A stretch of 47,760 bases of DNA from assembly GCA_964498615.1 (NCBI GenBank), contig CAZCHZ010000001.1, forward strand, positions 1 to 47,760, given 5' to 3'. The position numbers and the translations under genes are program-made. The DNA comes from an uncultured Legionellaceae bacterium (GTDB lineage Bacteria; Pseudomonadota; Gammaproteobacteria; UBA6186; Azoamicaceae). Under the pieces are notes generated by a model. It was not told the origin of the DNA. It saw nothing but the letters and a program-made list of their open reading frames with translations, and made no database searches. Below, one piece after another: positions 22,803 to 32,394 of the stretch (position 1 is the first letter of the stretch; every line of letters starts with the position of its first letter).

Positions 22803-22815
22803 GAGGCTTTTTTTA
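22785..22815. terminator. Bidirectional rho-independent terminator
   Basis: AAAAAAGCCTC-GAAATAA-GAGGCTTTTTTT between convergent genes. It overlaps stop 22800..22802. Confidence 0.8.
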
Positions 22816-22819
22816 CGTA

Positions 22820-24847
22820 TTAATATTCCATAAAACCTGCTTCATGTTCCAATAATCCTGGCAACATAACCGAACTTGAATTAGCATCAAATTGTCCACC
22901 ACTTTGACTATTATAAACACCACCGGTTTTCATCATATTAGCAGTTAATGCATAAAGATTTGATTCTCCTAATGGACCTTCAGTTGCGAAATCACCATTC
23001 TTCACATAACCTATTCCTTGAATTCCTACTATTTCGCTAGATAATGCTTGTTTCATTTTACGCCAAATTTCCTTAGTTGTCGGTTCAAACGCAAATTCTT
23101 CGTTTTCATATATTTTAGCATTCAACAAAATAGCATCATCATCGGTTTGGTAAATTTCAGAGTTGTTTTCATCTTTTCCTCGGATCACGATATATGGCTG
23201 TCTTATTAAATGTTCAATACCGGTACTATAAAGAATGTCATTGTTGTCAGTATTTTTATATCGTATTTCTAAAACATCTTCGTGTTTTACTTTTATCCAA
23301 ATTTGCTCGCTTAAATGGATTATTTCATCAAAATGAGTATCTGTTACGTTAATTCTGACTCTTATGTATGAATCAATGTAATCAACCATATCAATAGTAA
23401 ACTCATAAACTTCATATTCTTCACGATTGTAAATTGAACCTACAATAACATTAATTTCTGGTCCAGAATAATTATCTGAAATAATAATTATATCAGCGTT
23501 TTTAGATTCATCAAAAATTATATCTTCAATTAAAAACCAAGTAGCGCCTATTAAAATATAATTTCCGGTTACAGCCCATTCAGGCTTGCCGCCATTCAAT
23601 ACAAATGTAGATATTGGAACATTAGTTGTAAAATCATAAATATTCCCTGAAAGAAAGTATATGCCCGTTTTACCAGAACCTAAATCAAGCTTCCTAGCAT
23701 CTAATTTTTGTTTTCTTCCAATATAATCTGTTTTTTTAATTACCGGAACTGTTATTTCAGACAAATCCTCTTTAATAACTACTGCAGTATTAGTTTCAAA
23801 ATTTGACTTAAATTGGGTTGTGATAATATCAGCAGTTTGAAACTGTTGAACCTCTTTAAATTTACTTGCTTTAGGCACATCAACCTCACAACTCAGTGTA
23901 TTTTCATCTGTTTTATAATTTCCAGAATCACCCCATGTGATTCTATTTGCAAAACGAATTGAATTAGCTTTACTTATATAAAATGATGGGAAATAAATTC
24001 CAAATTCAGTGACTGAAAAATCTTTATTAAATGAACATCCAAACTCGTCACGGACATAAAGTGTGTAATCATTAACCGCTAATCCATTGAAAACATTTGA
24101 GCTTTGCCATATTGAATTGTCTAATGAATATTCTAAATCAACATCCCCATAAATATTATTTGTATCTTGAACAATAACTGTTGCGCCATTTGGGCTATTA
24201 TTAATCTGAATATTAAAATTTCCAACTGCCAATAATGGAGGTGAAACAATCGTTTCGCTTAAAGTATCTCCATCAGAATTTTCAGCTTCAACAATAAATG
24301 AAATTCCTCTCAAAACTTCTATTTGAAAAGGATTATCTGTATTTCCTGTGATAGTTTCCGGGCTTGTAATATTTACAGCTAAATCGCTAGTAGTAATATC
24401 TACTAAAACACTTGTGCAAGGAGTAGCTGATGCCGAAAATACATATGAATCAATTTTAAAAGGCGTTAAACTACCGTTATCAATAACAAAATTAATGCTT
24501 GGATCATTAGTGTATGGTGCTAATATTCCATTAACAAAGAATTCAGTTAAAAAACCACCATTATTATCCGCAATAATAGTAACCTCATTTACATTCCTTG
24601 TTATTGTAAATAATCCTGGGAAATCTAACTCAAAAGCTTGAATAAAATTAATAGCATTTCTTTCGCCTGGATTAGCTGTTGGAGTTCCTAAAGTAACTTG
24701 TCCTGATAATGATCGTAAGGTTACAAAATCATAAATATAAGTAGTGCTATATGGCGTTATTCCCCCATATGTTGTAGAATCAAAACCAAGTTGAGCATTT
24801 AAAGCTAAATCTGCTGTAAAAGTTATTATTATAGATGATGCACTCAT
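22820..24847 (-). CDS. Tail tip/baseplate protein with a SprB-type repeat (possible receptor-binding)
   Basis: 675 aa, second gene after the tape measure. Residues about 212-281 read ...LEYSLDNSIWQSSNVFNGLAVNDYTLYVRDEFGC. Confidence 0.55.
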   Translation of the reverse strand: MSASSIIITFTADLALNAQLGFDSTTYGGITPYSTTYIYDFVTLRSLSGQVTLGTPTANPGERNAINFIQAFELDFPGLFTITRNVNEVTIIADNNGGFLTEFFVNGILAPYTNDPSINFVIDNGSLTPFKIDSYVFSASATPCTSVLVDITTSDLAVNITSPETITGNTDNPFQIEVLRGISFIVEAENSDGDTLSETIVSPPLLAVGNFNIQINNSPNGATVIVQDTNNIYGDVDLEYSLDNSIWQSSNVFNGLAVNDYTLYVRDEFGCSFNKDFSVTEFGIYFPSFYISKANSIRFANRITWGDSGNYKTDENTLSCEVDVPKASKFKEVQQFQTADIITTQFKSNFETNTAVVIKEDLSEITVPVIKKTDYIGRKQKLDARKLDLGSGKTGIYFLSGNIYDFTTNVPISTFVLNGGKPEWAVTGNYILIGATWFLIEDIIFDESKNADIIIISDNYSGPEINVIVGSIYNREEYEVYEFTIDMVDYIDSYIRVRINVTDTHFDEIIHLSEQIWIKVKHEDVLEIRYKNTDNNDILYSTGIEHLIRQPYIVIRGKDENNSEIYQTDDDAILLNAKIYENEEFAFEPTTKEIWRKMKQALSSEIVGIQGIGYVKNGDFATEGPLGESNLYALTANMMKTGGVYNSQSGGQFDANSSSVMLPGLLEHEAGFMEY

Positions 24848-24858
24848 TTTTGATGTTT

Positions 24859-27087
24859 TTATTGATTATTTTTAATTAGCTTCCATTTTCCGGCGCCATT
24901 TGGTTTTAGATTAGAAAGAAATCCAGTTTCTTTTTCCCCATCTTCATTTATAAATTCAACCAATCCATAAAAATTAGGGATTTCGCGACCAAAGAAAACA
25001 GACTTTCCTTCTACTTGCTGCATAACATCAAAATCACAGATGTGATCGAATTCTATTTCTTCACAAATGAACCTTGCACGCATTAATTCCGAATTTTTTA
25101 TATCCCCATTTTCTGCATATTCAGGTTTACCAATCAGTTTTGTTTTTAATTTACTGTTTTGGGTTGAACTTCCATAACGAATGTATTCATTTAAATACCA
25201 ACCCAATCCGGCAGCAATTCTCCATCCATGCCTCAACATCATATTGAATGGTGAAAGTCTTAAATTTGTGGCGGTATCTGGGCTATAAACACCAGTAGGT
25301 TCTTTTTCAAAATCATCCTGCCATTTTCTTTGTTGAAAAATATTATTAACCCCACGTTTTAAGTCCAACATAAAAACATGAATATCATAAGGCGTATCAG
25401 ATGTATTAAATCTTATTTTAGGTTTTCTTCTTGCAAATTCAACTCCATAGCTATCGGCTCTGTATTTTGAAAGACGAATGTATGTGTTTTTTATTCTACT
25501 GATAAATGTTGTAAAAGTAGATTTAGCATTATATTCATCAAGCCCAAAGGCTTCTTCATAACTTCCACCTAATTCATACCCTATTTCAATTCCAGAATAA
25601 CAATTTGTAGTTGAAAAAGTTCTTTTTACATTTTTAGCTTGATTTGGCAATATGATAGTTCTATTCTTATTATAAAAATAAGACAATTCTTCCATCCTAA
25701 CACGCTCACGTGAACCAATTGTCTCTATGCCTATTCCAGTCATAAATACAGCATCAAATGATGTAGTAAAATCTTTAAAAGAAGTTCCTAGTGGCTTAAA
25801 ATTATTTTCCACAAAAGGAATTTCACTAGGGATTGGTAATTTATCAAATCCCCTAACCCACATCCCATGGGTACACGCAATTAATCCGGCCAAACCATCT
25901 TTAGAATAACCTAAATCGGTTCTGCCTAAATATTCTGAATAAAACGCGTCTTTTTGTCCAGTTGCAATAGCTACTAATCTTTCGCCCAATTCATGAGATA
26001 AAACAGCTTTTGTTATCGATGGATCGAAATGAGAATCTTCTTCAACTGTCATATCGGCAGATATGTTTGATAAATTTATATCTAAATGAGAACTATAATC
26101 GTTCAAACCATCATATAATTGATCAAACTCTAAAGCTAAACTTTCTCCTGCTTCCAAAATTACATTATTATTAGTATAATTTACTGTAAATGTTTTTCCT
26201 TGTAAATCGCTATATGTACTTTCTCCAAAAATAAAATCATTTGCCTTATGAAATAAATTGCTTCCTGAATGATAAACCCCAAACCTAACGAAAAACTCAA
26301 AGAAATTAACATTATCAAACTGACTGATTATCACAGTAAACGTAAGCTTTAAATTTATTTTTAATATTCTTCTTACATCTGAAATAGCAATAAACATATT
26401 CCCTATATCACCAGGCGCAGTTCTTAATGCAGAATTATCTTGAACCAATGTATTTGGAATTGGTGATTGAGCTTCATCATGTGATTTATTTACGATAGAT
26501 AAAGGAACTGAAACTGTACTTCCACGCGTATTGCCGATTGTTGTATTGGTAAGGAACGTATAATTATCTGTTGGCTTTACTGTATATGATGTGTTTAAAA
26601 AGATTCTTCTTCCTTCTAAAGCAACATCAATTGTTTTTAAATCAGGAAGAACTTTTCCGTCAATACTGGTTAACCGGTCAATTTCTACTTTTTCACTTTC
26701 ACGTGATTTAAGTAATTGCTCCATCCCACCACTATTAAATTTTAAAGATACTTGTCCTTCTGTTTTTTCCCATGTTGACAGGTCCAAAAATCCAAAATAT
26801 GATAATGTCCATGCATCAGTAATCGGGTGACGTTCTTCTCTTGTTAATTTAATTTCAGCGTTAGGTCCAAAAACCCGATAAATATAATCTATAGCATCAG
26901 CCGCTTGTCCAGTAAATTTTAAAGAGTTTGAAAATTTAGCAACTATACCATGATATGTTTCATTTCTAGCATATTCTTTTTCGTCACTATCCCAGCCTAA
27001 TGGTTCTACAATAGATAAATTACCCATGTCAGAATTATACAATGAGTATCTTACTCTATTATCGAATGCCGTTTGAAATCTACCCAT
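24859..27087 (-). CDS. Distal tail / tail tip protein
   Basis: 742 aa, immediately downstream of the tape measure (the conserved Dit/Tal position). Confidence 0.5.
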   Translation of the reverse strand: MGRFQTAFDNRVRYSLYNSDMGNLSIVEPLGWDSDEKEYARNETYHGIVAKFSNSLKFTGQAADAIDYIYRVFGPNAEIKLTREERHPITDAWTLSYFGFLDLSTWEKTEGQVSLKFNSGGMEQLLKSRESEKVEIDRLTSIDGKVLPDLKTIDVALEGRRIFLNTSYTVKPTDNYTFLTNTTIGNTRGSTVSVPLSIVNKSHDEAQSPIPNTLVQDNSALRTAPGDIGNMFIAISDVRRILKINLKLTFTVIISQFDNVNFFEFFVRFGVYHSGSNLFHKANDFIFGESTYSDLQGKTFTVNYTNNNVILEAGESLALEFDQLYDGLNDYSSHLDINLSNISADMTVEEDSHFDPSITKAVLSHELGERLVAIATGQKDAFYSEYLGRTDLGYSKDGLAGLIACTHGMWVRGFDKLPIPSEIPFVENNFKPLGTSFKDFTTSFDAVFMTGIGIETIGSRERVRMEELSYFYNKNRTIILPNQAKNVKRTFSTTNCYSGIEIGYELGGSYEEAFGLDEYNAKSTFTTFISRIKNTYIRLSKYRADSYGVEFARRKPKIRFNTSDTPYDIHVFMLDLKRGVNNIFQQRKWQDDFEKEPTGVYSPDTATNLRLSPFNMMLRHGWRIAAGLGWYLNEYIRYGSSTQNSKLKTKLIGKPEYAENGDIKNSELMRARFICEEIEFDHICDFDVMQQVEGKSVFFGREIPNFYGLVEFINEDGEKETGFLSNLKPNGAGKWKLIKNNQ

Positions 27088-27091
27088 TATA

Positions 27092-30000
27092 TTACCAATT
27101 TACATTTTTAGCCGCCCATATAGAATGCGGAATATCAATCTTAGGTTCAAATTTAATGATTTTTTTACTTTTTTCTATTGCTTTACGGGTTAACCTCATT
27201 TCATTAATCAATTCTTGATCACGATTAACCTCGCTATATTGATTCATTTGAAAAGAAGCAATTTTTTCACCTTCTGAATTTATAGAAGAAAATAAATTTT
27301 TTCTTTGTCTTTTTTGATATTCTTCAATAGAACTATAAACCTTATCCCCTTTTTCTAATTGCACCAATGTGTCAAATTTAGGAGTCATTTCAATTTGTCC
27401 TGTTGCTTTTCTTTCTATAATCTCATTACGTCCACCATCCCCAACTATCCCCAAAGTACGAGGCCCATCTTCACGACCTGTTTTAAATTTAGGGATTGGA
27501 GTTGCTGCAATAGCTACTAATTGTACAGCAGCCAACCCAGCTGTTAATGCTGCTAAAGCAAATGATGCTGGTGGTGTTGTTGCTAATGCTGCTGTAATAG
27601 CTTTAGCTGTATTAATACCCGCTTCAACAAGCGCTAATGTTTTATTGAAAATAGCCTGTTTTGTTTGTTCTTTACGTTTTTTCTTTTCTAATTCTTCACG
27701 CTTTTTTTCTGCCTCTTTTTGTAATAAATCTTTTTGTTTTTGATCATTACCAGCCAATTGGATTTGTTTTGCATAAAAAGCATCACTAGCAGCAATTTCG
27801 GCATCAATATTAGCAATTCTTTGTTCAAAAATTGAATTAGCAATACCAACCAATTCATCTTTTAAAGCTTTGGAAACCTCTTCTATTTTAGCCGCATTCT
27901 CTTTTTCTTTTTCGACTTTCTTTTCAGCTTTTTCAGAATTGTCTTTATATACAATATCAGAAGCGGCCAATTTAAAATTGGCTAAATTATTTTCAATCTC
28001 TTTTCTTTTTTCTGCCGAAATTTGTTCTTTTACTGGAAGAGCATCATTTTTAGCAATTAAATCTTCAATAGCTTTAATTTGAGATTCTAACCCTTTTTTG
28101 GCATAAAATTCTTTTATTTCTGCAATTTGTCTTTCGTGTTCCTCAATTGCATCTTTTTTCTTTTTTTGACCTTCAATTAAGGCATTGAACTTATTATTTT
28201 CAGCTGTTAAAGCTTTTTTTAATTCAGTATCTTGTCCTAATAATTCAGAATCAACTTGTTTTTTTAATATTGCAACTTGAGCATCAATTAAGTCTTGATA
28301 TGCCTTTTTTTGTTTTCTAAGAAGTTCTTCTTTATTGGCTGTTAATATTTCTAACTCTAATATTTCTTCTTTATTAAGCTTCTTTTTAATTTCACCTCCA
28401 GCTATTAAGGTTGCTATTTCTGCATTTGATAAATCGCGAACTGTATCATCATATCTTGATATTTCTTTTAATTTTTGCTCAGTTTCGTTTTGTAAAATAG
28501 ATAACTCCAACGCTTGCGCTTCGGCAAATGATTGTAATTTGTCATCCAAGGAAACTTTATCATTTGCAACTGCTTCTTCATTTAGATCTTTTTCTCTTGT
28601 CAAGCGAAATTTTAATAAATTATAAGCATCTTCATCACGTTTCTTTAAGTTTTTCAAATAATCTAAACGTGCTTTTTCTCTTGCTGCTTTTTCGGATTTA
28701 CTCTCTTCATCTGTTGCAGCAGCTTGATCTTCTAATGATTTTTGATTTAATGCCGCAAGCATTCTATTAACTTTTTCTTTATTGGCAATCGTTATTTTTT
28801 GTTCAGTTTTAAGTTTATTTTCTAATGAAGATAGTTCTTCTTTTTCAGCAGTAATATTATCTCTTACATCAAAATCCCTTTCACCTAAATGAATTTTTTT
28901 AATTAATTCATCATCAAGTGCTTTTATTCTTAATTTACTTTGTTTAATTGCGCTTTTAGTATGTCCTTCATCAGATTCTTGAATCATTCCAATCACATTC
29001 AACTCAGCAAACAAAACTTCTCTTTTTCTTGAAATTTCTTCTTCATCTAATTTTTTAGAATCTTCACCACCTTTTCTTCTTATGGATATTTCATCTTCAA
29101 TTTGTTTAAATTGTTTGCTTCTAAAAACATCTGCTTCTTTAGCGTGTTGTTTATTCTGGTCTTGCAATTTTTTACTTTCATTTTTTAATCGTAAAGTTTG
29201 CATTTCAGCCGCACTCATACTATCAGTAAAAGCATAAAAAGCTACACCTAAAGCTACAATTACACCAAGTATAGCGCCCCATGGAGTTGCCTTAGTAGCT
29301 ACATCTAATGCTTCAGTTGCAATTGTAGCCTCTACTGTTGCAGCAGTACGAGCTTTCATTGCTGTTGTGCCTAATCCAGTTGCAGTTACAAAAGAAACTT
29401 CTGCAGCAGCTAATCCTGCTTTAACTGCAGCATAGGTTTCTGTAACCAATAATACAGCTTTAGTGGTAATTAAATAAGCCGCATAAATAGAAACCAATTT
29501 TATTACAATATCCGCTACTTTTTCAAAATTATCACCTAAATAAGATATTAATTGGGTGAATAATTTTGTTGACCCACTTGACTCTGTTTGGGATAAAATA
29601 TATGAATCATATGCAGCGGTTAATCTATCTGTTGCAGACATTAATGTATTACTTCTTATTGTAGCTTGTTCTTGAGCTACACCATTTGCATCAACTTGCT
29701 TTGTTAATTCTTCTAATCGATCAGTATGTTGTAATACATTAGTAGCAGCTACAACATTTTCAACACCAAAAACCTGAACCAATCCTGCATTGTCTTTCAA
29801 TAATGGTTTTAATTTCTCTAATCGTTCTTGAATTGGTTTTGATTCATCACTCAAGTCTTCAAAAGAAATGCCTAGTTTTTTAATTGCCTCTTGTGCCTTT
29901 TTAGGCAATGCATCTGGCGCGCTTAATTTCAATAAAATGTTTCTTAACTGCGTACCCGCTTCAGCCCCTTTTAAACCATTTTCTGCTAATAATTCTATTA

Positions 30001-31180
30001 ATGCAGTACTTTCTTGAATACTTACATTTGAAGTTCTTGCAACTGCGCCAAATTTTAATAAGGCGTCTGTTATTTGAGGTATTTCAGCAGCGCCAAATTT
30101 AGCGCCAGCAGCCAACGTATCAATAAATTTTGTTGCTTGGTCTGCATCGGCACCAAATTGATTCATTGCATCAGTTAATGCAGTAGCAGCTTCTGGTAAT
30201 TCTAAACCGGATGCTTTCGATAGTGTAATTACAGCTTCAGTAACTTGATTAAGCGCATCAACATTAGTTAAAAGCTCTGGTTTGGCTCCAGCGATTAATT
30301 TGTAAGCTTCAACAACGCCTTTTGCGCCATCTTTCACGCCTTTACCTAACTCAATGGCTTTTTCTTTTAGGAAATCTAAATCTTCACCAGACGCGCCTGT
30401 TATTGCTTGTAAATCTGCAACAGCTTGGTCGAATTCTTTTATAACTGTCCAAGTACTTTTTAAAATTGAAGCAAAAGCTTGAATACCTACAACCAATCCA
30501 AAAGCACCAACTAAATCACTTAATTGAGTTCTTAATTTATCTATTTGAGGATAATTACCTACATTCTTTGTAAAATCGCGGACAGCATCATCTGCTTTTT
30601 TAACTTTCGCATCAAGTTTGTCAAATTCGGCTTGCGCTTTTACAATTGCTTCTGTGTTTTTACCTTCAGCAGCTATCAAATCCATCAACGTTCTTTTTGC
30701 TAATGTGCGTTGTAAATTTAACTTCTGATAAGCGCCAACCAAATCACTATTTAAAATAGCATTTTGTCTTTTTTCTCTATTTAATATTTCATTCTCAATC
30801 TTTTCTTCAATAGTAAGTTTAATCGATGTAGATTGTGTTTTTGCTAATTTATTATTTGCATCTTCTTGTTTTTTGGAAGTAGCAATTTTTTCTTGTTTTA
30901 TTTTTTCAAGTCCTTTCTCTAATTCCGTCATTTGACGAATTATATTTATGGCATTTAAATTCGATATCTTTTCTTGGTCCCTGGCCGCTAAATATGCTGA
31001 GTTATCATAAGAGCCTTTAAGAACTTTTAAAACGCTGGCCATATCTAATATACTAGCCTTAAATTCTTTATTTTTAGCAATAGCAAGATCAACAGTTTGA
31101 CCATATGGTTCACCCCATTTTAAAGCTTCATCTTGAATAACTTCTTTTCGTGTAATTATACCGTCTTTACCTCCTGCCAT
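27092..31180 (-). CDS. Tail tape measure protein
   Basis: 1362 aa, highly helical/coiled-coil. Core block LQAITGASGEDLDFLKEKAIELGK...AGAKFGAAEIPQITDALLKFGA is typical of the TP901-type TMP core. Hydrophobic segments flank it. Confidence 0.9.
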   Translation of the reverse strand: MAGGKDGIITRKEVIQDEALKWGEPYGQTVDLAIAKNKEFKASILDMASVLKVLKGSYDNSAYLAARDQEKISNLNAINIIRQMTELEKGLEKIKQEKIATSKKQEDANNKLAKTQSTSIKLTIEEKIENEILNREKRQNAILNSDLVGAYQKLNLQRTLAKRTLMDLIAAEGKNTEAIVKAQAEFDKLDAKVKKADDAVRDFTKNVGNYPQIDKLRTQLSDLVGAFGLVVGIQAFASILKSTWTVIKEFDQAVADLQAITGASGEDLDFLKEKAIELGKGVKDGAKGVVEAYKLIAGAKPELLTNVDALNQVTEAVITLSKASGLELPEAATALTDAMNQFGADADQATKFIDTLAAGAKFGAAEIPQITDALLKFGAVARTSNVSIQESTALIELLAENGLKGAEAGTQLRNILLKLSAPDALPKKAQEAIKKLGISFEDLSDESKPIQERLEKLKPLLKDNAGLVQVFGVENVVAATNVLQHTDRLEELTKQVDANGVAQEQATIRSNTLMSATDRLTAAYDSYILSQTESSGSTKLFTQLISYLGDNFEKVADIVIKLVSIYAAYLITTKAVLLVTETYAAVKAGLAAAEVSFVTATGLGTTAMKARTAATVEATIATEALDVATKATPWGAILGVIVALGVAFYAFTDSMSAAEMQTLRLKNESKKLQDQNKQHAKEADVFRSKQFKQIEDEISIRRKGGEDSKKLDEEEISRKREVLFAELNVIGMIQESDEGHTKSAIKQSKLRIKALDDELIKKIHLGERDFDVRDNITAEKEELSSLENKLKTEQKITIANKEKVNRMLAALNQKSLEDQAAATDEESKSEKAAREKARLDYLKNLKKRDEDAYNLLKFRLTREKDLNEEAVANDKVSLDDKLQSFAEAQALELSILQNETEQKLKEISRYDDTVRDLSNAEIATLIAGGEIKKKLNKEEILELEILTANKEELLRKQKKAYQDLIDAQVAILKKQVDSELLGQDTELKKALTAENNKFNALIEGQKKKKDAIEEHERQIAEIKEFYAKKGLESQIKAIEDLIAKNDALPVKEQISAEKRKEIENNLANFKLAASDIVYKDNSEKAEKKVEKEKENAAKIEEVSKALKDELVGIANSIFEQRIANIDAEIAASDAFYAKQIQLAGNDQKQKDLLQKEAEKKREELEKKKRKEQTKQAIFNKTLALVEAGINTAKAITAALATTPPASFALAALTAGLAAVQLVAIAATPIPKFKTGREDGPRTLGIVGDGGRNEIIERKATGQIEMTPKFDTLVQLEKGDKVYSSIEEYQKRQRKNLFSSINSEGEKIASFQMNQYSEVNRDQELINEMRLTRKAIEKSKKIIKFEPKIDIPHSIWAAKNVNW

Positions 31181-31184
31181 TGTC

Positions 31185-31793
31185 TTATTTTTTTTTCTTG
31201 TTATTTTTCAACTGTTGTTGTCTTTGTAATTCCATTTGTTTCATTTTTAAATGAACTTGTTTTTGTATTGCGTGGAATTTAGTATAAGAAACAGTATTAT
31301 AATCGAAATCGATACCTAACATAGCTGTATAACTAGCCATAACATCATCGATTGAATATTCTTTTTTTGTTGTTTGTTTAGGTAATTGTTTTTTTAATTG
31401 ACTTATTTTAAACAATATGCCAGATGATTCTTTAAATATCCTTGTTAGTTGTGAATAATATTCTTCTGTATTTTCAGCAGCAAGTGTATAACCATACTCA
31501 ATAGTTAATAGATCAATCAAATCTTGATCATATTCAAACGAAAGGCTTTCACAAGCCATAATAACAACATTTCTTTGTCCTTCTAAAAAACTGATGTTTT
31601 TTTCTACATCAAAATGTTTTAATGATTCTGGACTATTGTGTTTTTCTTGGTGTTGTGAAAACAAAACTTCCCATATTTCCGTTAATTCGTTTTCAGATTT
31701 TGATTCGTCATCTGATAATAACATCACATTGCTTGTTTCTGCTATCTTTAAAAATAGTTTATAAGGAATTATTTCAAGAGAATCGTAAATCAT
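31185..31793 (-). CDS. Tail assembly chaperone, T-like ORF (possibly also made as a -1 frameshift fusion)
   Basis: Sits directly upstream of the TMP, in the -1 frame relative to 31790..32239, with an ATGA overlap. Confidence 0.45.
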   Translation of the reverse strand: MIYDSLEIIPYKLFLKIAETSNVMLLSDDESKSENELTEIWEVLFSQHQEKHNSPESLKHFDVEKNISFLEGQRNVVIMACESLSFEYDQDLIDLLTIEYGYTLAAENTEEYYSQLTRIFKESSGILFKISQLKKQLPKQTTKKEYSIDDVMASYTAMLGIDFDYNTVSYTKFHAIQKQVHLKMKQMELQRQQQLKNNKKKK

Positions 31794-32239
31794 ATGCCTA
31801 AATTTTCGCGAATGTTTTTAATAAAAAAAGGGAGAATACTTTTACGTATCACATCCCTCAGGTCTTTATCGGTTAAACCAAATAAATCATCTGATAACCA
31901 TGCGTCACTATCTAAAATAGCGTGTGTTTTTGGATCAGTAGAAAAAATACGAAAACGATCATCTTTTATTTCTAAGAAAAAACCATCCATCCATTTACCT
32001 GTATCATCACCATCAAAAGGCTCGCCTTGCTTTTTCTTACCATTACTGAGAACTTCAGTCGCATAAGAATAAAATCCAATAGCATTACCATTAATATCTT
32101 TGCTTTCTATTTTAATCTGGTGGATGTTTCTATCCACCAGATTTTTTTCTATGCTTTTTATGAACTTAAATAGATCCTTTTGCATTCGCTCCGGAGTCAA
32201 TCTCTTTACCCTTGCTCGGTGTTCCATTAATGTTGCCAT
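31790..32239 (-). CDS. Tail assembly chaperone, G-like ORF
   Basis: Lies between the major tail protein and the TMP. An A AAT TTA heptamer lies 6 nt before its stop. Confidence 0.5.
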   Translation of the reverse strand: MATLMEHRARVKRLTPERMQKDLFKFIKSIEKNLVDRNIHQIKIESKDINGNAIGFYSYATEVLSNGKKKQGEPFDGDDTGKWMDGFFLEIKDDRFRIFSTDPKTHAILDSDAWLSDDLFGLTDKDLRDVIRKSILPFFIKNIRENLGI

Positions 32240-32393
32240 CGGTTGCGATTTTATAAGCTTTTTTAAGTTCCGAATCTCTTTGTTTTGGATGAATGTTTCT
32301 AAAGATGTGATTAGATTCGTGCAAATCTTTAAATTCAGTGAAAGTCAATGTTAAACCTTCAGGGAAAACCATTCCTTTGTATTTCCTTTTCAT
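32166..32393 (-). CDS. Hypothetical 75-aa protein
   Basis: ATG 1 nt after the major tail stop. Its 3' end overlaps the next ORF by 74 nt, so coding status is uncertain. Confidence 0.4.
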   Translation of the reverse strand: MKRKYKGMVFPEGLTLTFTEFKDLHESNHIFRNIHPKQRDSELKKAYKIATDGNINGTPSKGKEIDSGANAKGSI

Positions 32394-32394
32394 C

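Noticed and set aside
27369-30102. Plus-strand ORFs inside the tape measure gene (27369..27743, 27870..28082, 28335..28625, 28528..28770, 29908..30102)
   Set aside because: These are antisense to a confidently identified 1362-aa gene. Their low-complexity S/F/L/A-rich translations are typical of mirror frames of K/E/A-rich coiled-coil coding sequence.
31823-31829. T7 run (CCT TTT TTT ATT on the minus strand) as the tail-chaperone -1 frameshift site
   Set aside because: The heptamer U UUU UUU is in phase, but the -1 frame hits TAA two codons later, so no extended product could result. The A AAU UUA site 18 nt downstream is the only productive candidate.
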